A model generated the notes under the pieces. That model had not been told where the DNA came from and ran no database searches. It saw nothing but the letters and a program-made list of their open reading frames with translations. A DNA stretch of 15,378 nucleotides from Candidatus Bathyarchaeota archaeon (GTDB taxonomy: Archaea > Thermoproteota > Bathyarchaeia > Bathyarchaeales > Bathycorpusculaceae), in NCBI GenBank assembly GCA_963768425.1, contig CAVYHV010000026.1, positions 1 through 15,378 of the forward strand. The letters run 5' to 3'. Both the position numbers and the translations under genes were made by a program. Positions 1 to 8,780 of the stretch are shown here, one piece after another; within the stretch, counting starts at the first letter, position 1, and the number at the start of each line of letters is the position of its first letter.

Positions 1-2
1 CC

Positions 3-731
3 AGGATAAATGAAACGCTGACCCAAAGCAAGGTTTCCATAATCGGGATTTCCAACGATCTTCGCCTAAAAGAGTTCTTAGATCCGCGGGTTTTTAGTTC
101 GCTAAGCGAGGAAGAATTGGTTTTCAGACCGTACGACGCAGCAGAGCTCCGAAACATCCTCTCAGAACGTTCCAAATTGTCGTTCAGAGAAGGAGTTTTG
201 TCTGAACCCGCACTGAGTATTTGCTCCGCTTTAGCCGCTGCAGAACATGGAGATGCACGCCGGGCTCTAGACCTATTGCGTGTGGCAGGAGAAGTCGCTG
301 AACGCCAGGGCGCCAGCTCCATTTTAGAGGAGCATGTACGTTTGGCAGAGAAACATATTGAACATAATCGTGTGGTCGAAGCAATCAAGAACTTGACGCT
401 TCATTCAAAACTCGTTCTTCTAAGCGTTTTCCACCTAAACAAGCCAAGCGCCAACACAGGCGAAATATACGATGTTTACAACGAGTTGTGCGGCGAATTC
501 GGCGCTGGTCTTCTAACGCAGCGTAGATTAGGCACATTGATTAATGAACTTGATTCAATGGGTCTTGTTAACGCAAAAGTCGTAAGTATGGGCAGATACG
601 GCAGAACCAAAAAGATCAGGCTTGAAATTTCAAGGGGTATCATTCGCGACGTGTTCGCAGATGATCCTCGGTTCAACCAACTGATCAATTATTCGCCTCA
701 AGCTTCCCGCAAAAATACGAATGAGTTGTAA
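3..731 (+). CDS. cdc6: Cdc6/Orc1 replication initiator, C-terminal part (5' end lies outside the window)
   Basis: The frame is open from base 3 (RINETLTQSKVSIIGISNDLRLKEFLDPRVFSSLSEEELVFRPYDAAELRNIL), upstream of the track's TTG at 117. Motifs: IGISND, DPRV.SSL, F.PY, HGDARRALDLLR (sensor 2) and the winged-helix end SMGRYGRTK. Confidence 0.97.
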   Translation, partial: RINETLTQSKVSIIGISNDLRLKEFLDPRVFSSLSEEELVFRPYDAAELRNILSERSKLSFREGVLSEPALSICSALAAAEHGDARRALDLLRVAGEVAERQGASSILEEHVRLAEKHIEHNRVVEAIKNLTLHSKLVLLSVFHLNKPSANTGEIYDVYNELCGEFGAGLLTQRRLGTLINELDSMGLVNAKVVSMGRYGRTKKIRLEISRGIIRDVFADDPRFNQLINYSPQASRKNTNEL

Positions 732-746
732 CCTGAAATTAGTCGT

Positions 747-2318
747 TCAGATGAATGAGAGAATTGTCGTTTCGAGTGTTTGTAGGTTGACAACAGGAAC
801 CTTTCCAGGTGTGGGGACCAACCCCAGTTTTTCCATATAGTCCGTTTGTTTCTGCCAGCCGCCGGAATTCACCACGAGAACACCGCGGTAGTTACAATAG
901 CCTAACACGTGAATGTGACCAGCGTGAAAGATGTCTGGCACTCGGTCGATGACGAGGTAGTCACGGTTTTCCGGGGAAAGCATAGTTTTTCCTCCGTAAG
1001 AAGGAGCCAAATGACGGCTTTGCATAAGCAGCCTCATTGCTTTTTCTGGGTGATCATGGTCCATCCCCGGCACAACCCCTATGATGTCGTCTAAGCTTCG
1101 GCCATGATACATCAAAACTTCAACGCCATGAAGACTTAATAGACATGGGCTTCCGACTGAACGGATGTTGCTCTTTCCTTGCATTCCCTTCAAGTAACCT
1201 TCAGGTATAGCCGGCTGCGGAAGGGCTTTTCGGGCTGCATCGTGATTACCCGGGGAAATTATTACTTCGATGTAGCTGGGGATCTTTTCGATGTATTTGA
1301 ACGCGAAGTCATATTGTTTATGAACGTCCCTAATCGATAATTCCTTTGCTTGACCAGGGTACACTCCAACCCCGTCAACTATGTCGCCCGCTATTAAGAG
1401 GTACTTGACTCTGCCGGCTATCTCCCTCATCTGCTCGTTCCCATACTTGCCTCTGAGCCACAGTAAGAACCTCTTGAACGCTTCCTTTTCGAATTTATTG
1501 CTGCCGATGTGAAGATCCGACGTTAACACTGCATAGACTGGTTCTTGCGCTCGCTGCTGAGTTTTTCGGCCGATTTCAGGGAAAATGATATCTTCGGCAA
1601 GGAAGAGGTTGGTTCGCGTTTTGATTACTGCCAGGCAGATAACCTGATCGGGCATTAGCATAAGTGCTTTCTTTCGGACGTCTTCGGGTGCTTTTTGAGG
1701 CACCAAAACAGTAGCAGTTCCTTGTAAGTCTTCTACAGAGAGGATCATATGGTTCTTTGAATCTCTTTTCTCGGTTAACATGCAGATTATTTTTAGTTTT
1801 GTTTTGGGCTGCGACTTGAGGGCTTCAAGTATTGGTGTTGCGGCTCTGACGTCGATTCTTTGCCTAAACAAACGCTCGATTCGTCTAAACCTATCTTGAA
1901 AATAGGAAAAGTATTCTTCAATGGTACCGTTGGAGCTAAGCTTTCCTGTTGCATCTTCGAGAATGGAAACTTCCGCTTTAATATCCTTAGCAAAAGGGTA
2001 AAAAACACCTTCAACAGCACTTTGATCTATCGGCGGTGGTTGTTCCATTATTGGCGTTGGTTGCGGCTCGGGTTCGTGTTCTATGACTGGGGCGGCCGGA
2101 TCTTTTAGCTTTTGTATCAGTGTTTCCAGAAAAACTTTGTCTATGAAAAATGGTTTCTCCTGCAGGTCGGCTATTCTTTGAAGGGCTAAGTCCATTATGT
2201 CGACTGGGTCGTTTGTGTCTGCGTTTTGGCTCAGAAATTGGAAAGCTTCGCTGTCCAATTGGTACCCAGCTGCGATTGTTGCCTGTATCGCTCTTTGAAG
2301 TTTTTCTTCCCCGCTCAT
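747..2318 (-). CDS. polD1: DNA polymerase D (Pol II) small proofreading subunit DP1
   Basis: 523 aa with an N-terminal helical domain, a Pro-rich linker, an OB fold (VEDLQG) and calcineurin-like phosphoesterase motifs SDLHIGS, AGDIVDG.GVYPGQ, PGNHD, YHG.SLDD, HLAP.YG and FHAGHIH. Adjacent to cdc6. Confidence 0.97.
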   Translation of the reverse strand: MSGEEKLQRAIQATIAAGYQLDSEAFQFLSQNADTNDPVDIMDLALQRIADLQEKPFFIDKVFLETLIQKLKDPAAPVIEHEPEPQPTPIMEQPPPIDQSAVEGVFYPFAKDIKAEVSILEDATGKLSSNGTIEEYFSYFQDRFRRIERLFRQRIDVRAATPILEALKSQPKTKLKIICMLTEKRDSKNHMILSVEDLQGTATVLVPQKAPEDVRKKALMLMPDQVICLAVIKTRTNLFLAEDIIFPEIGRKTQQRAQEPVYAVLTSDLHIGSNKFEKEAFKRFLLWLRGKYGNEQMREIAGRVKYLLIAGDIVDGVGVYPGQAKELSIRDVHKQYDFAFKYIEKIPSYIEVIISPGNHDAARKALPQPAIPEGYLKGMQGKSNIRSVGSPCLLSLHGVEVLMYHGRSLDDIIGVVPGMDHDHPEKAMRLLMQSRHLAPSYGGKTMLSPENRDYLVIDRVPDIFHAGHIHVLGYCNYRGVLVVNSGGWQKQTDYMEKLGLVPTPGKVPVVNLQTLETTILSFI

Positions 2319-2492
2319 TTATGCTTCGCTGCCATCAGCTTTAACCGCTTCACGCTTACCCTCTTATATTTATGACTTATTTACCACTTTTCGTTCGAAG
2401 ACTATTTTTTGGGTTTCGCAATTCTGGTCATCTGAGCTTGCATATACTTTGAGTTGTGTGGTTTCAACTCACCTTGTGGGCCAATAATTAAT

Positions 2493-2513
2493 CGAAACCA
2501 ATTTAATTTATAT
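2493..2513 (+). promoter_or_regulatory. Putative BRE/TATA region of the PhoU-type regulator
   Basis: CGAAACCAATTTAATTTATAT about 50 nt upstream of ATG 2561. Pattern match only. Confidence 0.35.
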
Positions 2514-2560
2514 GAGTGAATCTCCGTTTAGATGAGTTATATCATGCTTGAGGAATTCCT

Positions 2561-3534
2561 ATGGCTGACCTACGCAAGATTCAACAAACGCCAACTGGCA
2601 CATTTTTTGTTTGCTTACCCAAAGATTGGGCTAAAATGAAAGGGCTCAAAAAAGGCACTTTGGTTTGTTTAGATATAACCAGCGACGGCAAACTTGTCGT
2701 GGACCCCGAATACAACGCTGAACCCCCAACGCGAACTACTTCTTTAACCGTTGGACCCAACCTCGGCAGGGAAATCGTGGGTCGTTACCTTTTGGGCTAC
2801 GACACCATTGATATTGAAGCAAAAGACCGAATTGACTCCGCTGCAAGAAACGTAGTTAAGTCGACTGCCAGCTCCCTTTCGGGCTTGGAAATTTTTGAGG
2901 AAACCAGCTCAAAAATTTCGCTGCACAGTTTAATGCAGCAACAGCCTTCCACTTCGCCCGAAAAAATACTACAACGCAACTACGCCATTGTAGCAGGGAT
3001 GATTCGCGACGCTGCAAATTCGTTCGTCTACGGCGACGTAAGTTGGCTAGAAACGTCATTGCAAGAGATGATGAAAGCAACAGACTTTATTTTCTACTAG
3101 TTAGGATTTTGCGAACCATAATTCAGAATCCACGGCTAAACGACAAGCTTGGAATAACCCCGATTGAGTGCTTGGATTACCGTTTAGCCGCAAGCTTAAT
3201 CGAAGGGATCGGCGATGCTTGCGTGCAAGTTGCGACAAAAACCATTGCCCTGAACGGACAAAAGTTTTCAGGAGAACTACAAAACTTGCTGGTCGAATTG
3301 GAAACTATTTGTTACGATGCTCATGAACAAGCTTTGAAATCTTTTGTAACCAAGGATATTGCTTTGGCAGCTAGCGTGCGTTGCTTGCGCGAGAAAGTTG
3401 ATACCGCCGCAATAAGCATTGAACAGTTTGCGAAGGGGTCTTCGGTGGATTTGATGCCTCAAATCTTAGCTGCAACGTCTTTTCTAAGACAGATCTATGA
3501 GCACAGCGTAGACATTGCTGACCTAGTAGCCTAA
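2561..3534 (+). CDS. AbrB/MazE-PhoU family phosphate-uptake regulator (~324 aa if repaired), interrupted by a 1-nt deletion at about 3038-3042 (sequencing error or pseudogene)
   Basis: ORF 2561-3100 begins with an AbrB-like segment (RKIQQTPTGTFFVCLPKDWA) and runs into a PhoU helix (GMIRDAANSFVYGDV). The -1 frame continues LARNVIARDDESNRLYFLLVR...LIEGIGD...YEHSVDIADLV, a typical PhoU repeat. Confidence 0.88.
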
Positions 3535-3557
3535 CTTGTTTGCCCTCACTTATTGGT

Positions 3558-3571
3558 AAAGGGTTAAATTT
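3558..3571 (+). promoter_or_regulatory. Putative BRE/TATA upstream of pyrE
   Basis: AAAGGGTTAAATTT about 35 nt before ATG 3604, a purine-rich BRE followed by TTAAAT. A second TTTATAT at 3577-3583 makes the exact element ambiguous. Confidence 0.4.
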
Positions 3572-3603
3572 CCATTTTTATATTCACAACAGGGAACAAA
3601 GGT

Positions 3604-4236
3604 ATGTCAAGCACAATCGATAAAGTCGCTAACGCTCTCTACTTGTCAGGATGCCTAAAATTTGGCAGCTTCAAAATAAAGTCTGGTTCAATCAGCCCTT
3701 ACTACATTGACCTTGCACGTCTCCTATCTACGCCCGAACAATTCTGCGCCATCGCTGATGCGATTGCTGAGCAAGCCACCAAAATAGTCATTGCTGACGA
3801 AATAGACAAAATGGCTACCATAGAGCTTAAGGGCGCATTGATTGCACCAAGCATTGCATGTAAACTTAACCTGCCCTGCATTATAGTGCGCAAAGAAGAA
3901 AAAGCATATGGAGTGACGGGAAGAATTGCCGGCGCAGACGTTGAAGAAGGCGATCGGATCCTCTTCTTCGACGACGTAATAAGCGAAGGGTTATCCAAAA
4001 TTGAAGGAATCAAGCCTCTGCAGGAGCTCGGCGGCGTCGTGAACCATTTCCTTGTGGTGGTCAACCGGGAGCAAGGAGGCAAAGAGAACTTGGAGAAACT
4101 TGGCTTTAGGGTCCACGCTCTCGCCAAAGTTTCCGACCTCGTGAAATCGCTCTGCGGAAGGCACATTTCTAAAGAGCAGGCTGACGAGGTTTTGAATTAC
4201 TTGAAAGGGTTTCAAGAGGCTAAGAATACCCTTTGA
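3604..4236 (+). CDS. pyrE: Orotate phosphoribosyltransferase
   Basis: LKFGSFKIKSG..SPYYIDL N-terminus, IVRKEEKAYG flexible loop, PRPP-binding FFDDVISEG.SK, and VVNREQGG. Confidence 0.93.
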   Translation: MSSTIDKVANALYLSGCLKFGSFKIKSGSISPYYIDLARLLSTPEQFCAIADAIAEQATKIVIADEIDKMATIELKGALIAPSIACKLNLPCIIVRKEEKAYGVTGRIAGADVEEGDRILFFDDVISEGLSKIEGIKPLQELGGVVNHFLVVVNREQGGKENLEKLGFRVHALAKVSDLVKSLCGRHISKEQADEVLNYLKGFQEAKNTL

Positions 4237-4408
4237 AAACCTGCTGCTTCACTGCCTCAAATGAATAACTATACTCTACGAGTGCACTATTCTGTTCAGC
4301 TTTCATCACACTTTAGTTCCTGCAAAGCTGCATCAACAACTACCTAAAAAACACTCTACATTTATTGGCTGGCTAATCAAATATAATGCTTAAAGGAAGC
4401 GTCTCCCG

Positions 4409-5416
4409 ATGCAAACCCAAAAAGAAATAGTTGATGCCCTGATGATTCCCGATGCTTACCCTGAAGGCGCAGGCGAAATCGAGCTCATCCAAACCCACAT
4501 CTCATTTGTCTTCTTAACTGAAAAATTCGTTTACAAGATAAAAAAAGCAGTAAACTTTGGGTTTCTGGATTTTTCCACGCTCTCGAAGCGCAAGTTTTTT
4601 TGCGAAAAAGAGTTAGAGCTAAACAGGCGCCTTTGTCCAGAAATATATCTCAAAGTTGTCCCAATCACAAAATCAAAAGGGATCAAGATAGACGGCGACG
4701 GCGAAACCGTTGAGTACGCCCTAAAAATGAAGCGTCTCCCTCAAGAAACAATCATGACCTGCCTTCTCAGTGAGAACAAAGTAAACAACAAAACGATTGA
4801 TGAGTTGGCAAAAATAATTGCCAGATTCCATCAAAATGTTCAATGCAATGAAGCAATAGACGAGTTTGGTTCCTTCAAAATTATCAAACTTAATTGGGAC
4901 GAAAACTTCGCTCAAACCAAGAAATACGTTGGCCAAACCATCCCGACAGAGGAGTACAAATTCCTCGAGAACCAAGTCGGTGGATTTATGAAAACAAACA
5001 ATGCGTTATTCGAGGGCAGAATAAAAAACGGAAAAATCAGAGATTGTCACGGGGATTTGCACTCAGGAAACATCTTCATAACTGACCGAATCTGTATCTT
5101 CGACGCTATAGAATTCAACGACCGCTTCAGGTATTCGGATGTAGCTTCGGACATTGCTTTTTTAGCGATGGATCTTGACTTCCAACAAAGGCGAGACTTA
5201 GCCGATTACCTTATAGATAGATACGTTGCCTACTCGAAAGACACGGATTTAACGAAGGTACTTGGGTTCTACAAGTGTTACAGGGCGTATGTTCGGGGCA
5301 AAGTTATCAGCTTCAAACTTGACGACCCAAGCGTTAGCCAAAAAGAAAAAGCAGAGGCATCCAAAGACTCAAAAGCCTATTTCAAGCTCGCCGCCGAATA
5401 CGCGAAAAAACTGTAA
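4409..5416 (+). CDS. Aminoglycoside-phosphotransferase-like kinase domain (COG2187 type), stand-alone without its usual C-terminal P-loop domain
   Basis: IQTHISFVFLT, YKIKKAVNFGFLDFSTL..R...C..EL.LNRRL, catalytic IRDCHGDLHSGNI, FDAIEFNDRFRY.DV..DIAFLAMDL and FYKCYRAYVRGKV. Confidence 0.9.
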   Translation: MQTQKEIVDALMIPDAYPEGAGEIELIQTHISFVFLTEKFVYKIKKAVNFGFLDFSTLSKRKFFCEKELELNRRLCPEIYLKVVPITKSKGIKIDGDGETVEYALKMKRLPQETIMTCLLSENKVNNKTIDELAKIIARFHQNVQCNEAIDEFGSFKIIKLNWDENFAQTKKYVGQTIPTEEYKFLENQVGGFMKTNNALFEGRIKNGKIRDCHGDLHSGNIFITDRICIFDAIEFNDRFRYSDVASDIAFLAMDLDFQQRRDLADYLIDRYVAYSKDTDLTKVLGFYKCYRAYVRGKVISFKLDDPSVSQKEKAEASKDSKAYFKLAAEYAKKL

Positions 5417-5419
5417 CCT

Positions 5420-6286
5420 TTAGACGAATTGACTAGCTACCCACTCGGGAACTTGAACCGTGCCCATGATGATGGGCTTTTGGTGGCAATCGCTTCCCCC
5501 AGTCATCTTTAGCCCAAGCTTCTTGGCGAACGCCACGTAATGGCTCGTTGTTTCCGGTGTGTTTCTTGAGTGCCAGCATTCAACGCCATCAATATGCTCC
5601 AGCATTTTTTCTTGGATTATACCCGTTTGCTCCTGCAGAGATTTAGTTAACGCCATCAGCGAGGTTCCATGGGGATCATTGGGGTGAGCCAAAACCAACA
5701 TTCCACCTGCATCCCTTACGAGTTTTGACGCTTCATCCAAGTAAAGTGGGTACTTGGGCACATCACACTTAACAAGGTATCTGTCGAATGCTTCCTGCCT
5801 GCTTTTGACAATGTTCTTCTTAACCAAGTAATCGGCTATGTGGGGTCTGCCCAGTACACCATCGACAGACTCTTCAATCTGCCTAAAGTCATCTTTAGTT
5901 AATACCTGGATGTTTTCTCTTTTGAATTCACTATTTAGGTTGTCAAAGATTTTTGCGGCCCTTTCTTCCCGGTACTTCGCCATTGTTTCAAGTTTGCTTT
6001 CTAACGCTTTATCTGTGGGTTCGAACTTGTAACCAAGGAAATCTAGTGAAACGGCTTTACCTTCATGGTACTTTGGGTGAGCGAAGGTTACGTTTAACTC
6101 GACTCCTGTAACATAGCTAATGCCTTCTTTTTTGGCTGTGGCGATGGCTTGGATTTGGCAGCCGATGCAGTCGTGGTCAGTGATTGCCATAAAACCGATT
6201 TTACGATTTTTTGCTACCTGAAAAATTTCTTGGACAGTAAGTTTTCCGTCTGAGGCACTTGAGTGAATATGCAGGTCAGTTATCAT
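5420..6286 (-). CDS. PHP-domain metal-dependent phosphoesterase (TrpH/YciV-like)
   Basis: DLHIHSSASDG, ITDHD, GVELN, GRPHIA, LAHP, GVEC and TGGSDCH metal-binding motifs. Confidence 0.93.
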   Translation of the reverse strand: MITDLHIHSSASDGKLTVQEIFQVAKNRKIGFMAITDHDCIGCQIQAIATAKKEGISYVTGVELNVTFAHPKYHEGKAVSLDFLGYKFEPTDKALESKLETMAKYREERAAKIFDNLNSEFKRENIQVLTKDDFRQIEESVDGVLGRPHIADYLVKKNIVKSRQEAFDRYLVKCDVPKYPLYLDEASKLVRDAGGMLVLAHPNDPHGTSLMALTKSLQEQTGIIQEKMLEHIDGVECWHSRNTPETTSHYVAFAKKLGLKMTGGSDCHQKPIIMGTVQVPEWVASQFV

Positions 6287-6303
6287 CTTTTAGATGGTTC
6301 CCT

Positions 6304-6909
6304 TTAGGCGTTTTCCATTCCGATAACGTACCAATCTTCACGGTTGTCATGGCATGTGTCAACTGTTAAATGAAGTATTTTGAGAGTTGGATATTTTTTC
6401 TTTAAGTCAGCGATGTCTACGGGCTCAAACTTTTTCTTGTTTGCGAGATATGCATCTACGGTTAGGGCATTTGATTCGTAGTTCTCCTTGGTGCGTCGCT
6501 GGATTCTAGCGACCGAGACCTCTTCGGGACAGCTTGTCTGTAGAATGACAAAAGTCATCCCGTGTTTTGCAGCGACTTCAGCTGCTCGACGCCTTAAATC
6601 TTGAGTGACAAAGGTGGCGTCCAAAATAATTCCTTTTGTGCCCTTCTGGGCCAGGTCATCTGCCCTTCGAAAGACTTCATCGTAGACGGACAGTCGCTTG
6701 TTCATGTTTCCAGCAACTTTTGCGTCGAAGACGTCCTCGTTCTTCAAAACCTCCAAGCGTATGATGTCGCTTCGAAGAATACAGTACCCTTTAATCTTGG
6801 ACGTTTCCTCAGAGGTTTCCGTTTTCCAAGTTCCAGGCAACCCCGTTGTAATCAGTAAGGTTTTTGGTCCTAAATTTGCTTCGATGAATCTCGAGAAAGG
6901 TTCCTTCAT
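6304..6909 (-). CDS. AAA_33 / COG0645-type P-loop kinase with a variant Walker A
   Basis: TGLPGTWKT (Walker A-like), LRSDIIRLE, ILDATF and a lid segment ARIQRR. Co-oriented with the PHP gene, 17 nt apart. Confidence 0.85.
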   Translation of the reverse strand: MKEPFSRFIEANLGPKTLLITTGLPGTWKTETSEETSKIKGYCILRSDIIRLEVLKNEDVFDAKVAGNMNKRLSVYDEVFRRADDLAQKGTKGIILDATFVTQDLRRRAAEVAAKHGMTFVILQTSCPEEVSVARIQRRTKENYESNALTVDAYLANKKKFEPVDIADLKKKYPTLKILHLTVDTCHDNREDWYVIGMENA

Positions 6910-6985
6910 TATTCTACCTTCATACTGTTAGCTTTGACATGTTGAACTTAAAACTTTTTCCAGTGGACGCAACCTTTAGTTGGAA

Positions 6986-6998
6986 GAAAATCTAAATA
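6986..6998 (+). promoter_or_regulatory. Putative BRE/TATA of ahcY within the divergent intergenic region
   Basis: GAAAATCTAAATA about 40 nt before ATG 7037. On the minus strand, AAAAAGTTTTAAG (6959-6947) could serve the AAA_33 gene. Confidence 0.35.
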
Positions 6999-7036
6999 GG
7001 TTGAGGATTACATTATTCTGAAAAGAAGGGACAATC

Positions 7037-8293
7037 ATGGAAGAATTCCTAGTTAAAGACAAAAGTTTGGCACCTCAAGGTCATTTGCAAATCGAATGGG
7101 CCACAAATCACATGCCCGTGCTTAAGTTGATAAAAAACCGTTTAGAAAAAGAAAAGCCGTTCAAAGGCTTGACTTTAGGAGCATGTCTCCACGTGACAAA
7201 AGAAACGGCTGTCCTGGTGAAGGCGTTAATTGCGGGAGGCGCCAACGTCGCATTATGCGGTTCTAACCCTCTTTCAACTCAGGATGATGTCGCTGCAGCA
7301 CTGGCTGACAGCGGTGTTCATGTTTTTGCTTGGAGAGGGCAAAACACTGAGGAATATTACAAATGTTTAGACAGCGCTTTGGATTACAAGCCACAGATAA
7401 CTTTGGACGACGGGGCAGATTTAGTCGGAACCTTACATAGCAAACGCCAAACGCAACTGAAGACACTGAAGGGCGGAACCGAAGAAACCACAACAGGGGT
7501 TATCCGTTTAAGAGCTATGGAAAAGGATGGCAGCCTGAAATACCCCATCGTTGCCGTGAATGACGCTTATACAAAATACCTCTTTGACAACCGCTACGGG
7601 ACCGGGCAAAGCAGCATGGACGGCATATTGCGCGCCACCAATACTTTGATCGCTGGAAAAACCTTCGTGGTCTGCGGTTACGGTTGGTGCTCAAGAGGCA
7701 TAGCTATGCGGGCTCAAGGGTTAGGCGCCAACGTCATCGTAACTGAAGTGCAACCTATCCGCGCATTGGAAGCTGTAATGAACGGTTTACGAGTCATGCC
7801 TATAGCTGAAGCAGCGTCAGTTGGCGACATATTCATCACTGCGACAGGCGACATCAGCGTCATACGGAAAGAGCATATGATGAAAATGAAGGACGGCGCC
7901 ATATTGGCTAACAGTGGTCACTTCAATGTCGAAGTGAACATAAAAGATTTAGAATCGCTCTCAACATCTAAAAGAACCATGCGTCCCAATCTCGAAGAAT
8001 ACGTGCTCAAGGATGGCAGAAAACTTTATCTTCTCGCAGAAGGCAGGCTGGTGAATTTGGCTGCGGCAGAAGGTCACCCATCCGAAGTCATGGACATGTC
8101 ATTTGCGAATCAAGCATTATGCTCAGAATACATCGCCAAAGCAGAGAGCCTGAAGCCGAAGGTTTATACGGTTCCGAAGGAAATCGACGAAAAAGTTGCT
8201 GAGCTAAAGTTGAAATCGATGAATGTTGCAATTGACGAGCTTACCGAAGAGCAGAAGAAATACCTGTCAACTTGGGAAATGGGAACAACTTAG
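7037..8293 (+). CDS. ahcY: S-adenosylhomocysteine hydrolase (adenosylhomocysteinase)
   Basis: [50 protein letters not shown]-binding [15 protein letters not shown] and [24 protein letters not shown]. Confidence 0.99.
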   Translation: MEEFLVKDKSLAPQGHLQIEWATNHMPVLKLIKNRLEKEKPFKGLTLGACLHVTKETAVLVKALIAGGANVALCGSNPLSTQDDVAAALADSGVHVFAWRGQNTEEYYKCLDSALDYKPQITLDDGADLVGTLHSKRQTQLKTLKGGTEETTTGVIRLRAMEKDGSLKYPIVAVNDAYTKYLFDNRYGTGQSSMDGILRATNTLIAGKTFVVCGYGWCSRGIAMRAQGLGANVIVTEVQPIRALEAVMNGLRVMPIAEAASVGDIFITATGDISVIRKEHMMKMKDGAILANSGHFNVEVNIKDLESLSTSKRTMRPNLEEYVLKDGRKLYLLAEGRLVNLAAAEGHPSEVMDMSFANQALCSEYIAKAESLKPKVYTVPKEIDEKVAELKLKSMNVAIDELTEEQKKYLSTWEMGTT

Positions 8294-8371
8294 GCGAGCA
8301 AGCGTACTCTTAAAAGCATGACAAACTTTAAATTGTTTGAGCATATACATGGCTATAAAGTGGTGACTTAA

Positions 8372-8704
8372 ATGGTTAGCAAAGATCAAGGAATAGGTGG
8401 AGCAATACTCGCAGTGTGCGTTATAGTTGCTGTAGGCTACATAGTTTTAGTGGCTGATCCAGGCTTGTTTAGTTTGAATACGACCACCGCCCGGCTGGAT
8501 GCAGTATTGGTTCTTGTTTCCATAGCATTCATCGCTATACTCGCGATCGGTGCATGGATAGGCTGGACAATGGCAACGACACCCCCGCCAAAACCAATCG
8601 AAGAAATCACAACAGAAATTGAAGAGAAGAAAGAAGAGCCCAAAGAAGAGACAGCACCAACCTCCGAAGCAACTGCCACCGAACCGGCTAAGAAAAAGAA
8701 ATAA
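8372..8704 (+). CDS. Small two-TM membrane protein with an acidic/Pro-rich tail; resembles DPM2
   Basis: Shine-Dalgarno GGTGA at 8362-8366 and TATA-like TTTAAAT at 8327-8333. Two hydrophobic helices, then WIGWTMATTPPPKPIEEI and a low-complexity E/K/T/P tail. Confidence 0.85.
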   Translation: MVSKDQGIGGAILAVCVIVAVGYIVLVADPGLFSLNTTTARLDAVLVLVSIAFIAILAIGAWIGWTMATTPPPKPIEEITTEIEEKKEEPKEETAPTSEATATEPAKKKK

Positions 8705-8780
8705 AAAAATTCATTTTTCTAAAAAATCAATTCTTTGTTTTTTTAATTCTCTTAATTTTGCTTTTCATATTATCTTTAAA
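8705..8780. terminator. AT-rich gap between convergent genes with oligo-T runs, probable archaeal terminators
   Basis: T5-T7 runs on + (e.g. TTCTTTGTTTTTTTAATT at about 8731-8748) and A6 runs at about 8703-8726, which read as T runs on the minus strand. Confidence 0.55.

Noticed and set aside
3702-4166. Long antisense ORFs (3702-4166, 9745-10077, 10465-10872, 13510-13779 and similar)
   Set aside because: Shadows of well-supported genes on the opposite strand, with no motifs of their own.
4261-4347. 28-codon ORF MNNYTLRVHYSVQLSSHFSSCKAASTTT, and a minus-strand GTGATGA-AAG-CTGA, in the pyrE-kinase gap
   Set aside because: No ribosome-binding site or recognisable peptide features, and the C-to-D spacing is too short for a guide.
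6958-6968. TTCCAGTGGAC resembles the core of an origin recognition box
   Set aside because: Single copy with no G-string and no partner box, in a short promoter gap far from the cdc6 5' end.
8690-8704. C-terminal KKKK reminiscent of an ER-retrieval signal on the DPM2-like protein
   Set aside because: Lys-rich tails are common in these proteins and there is no evidence of such trafficking machinery.
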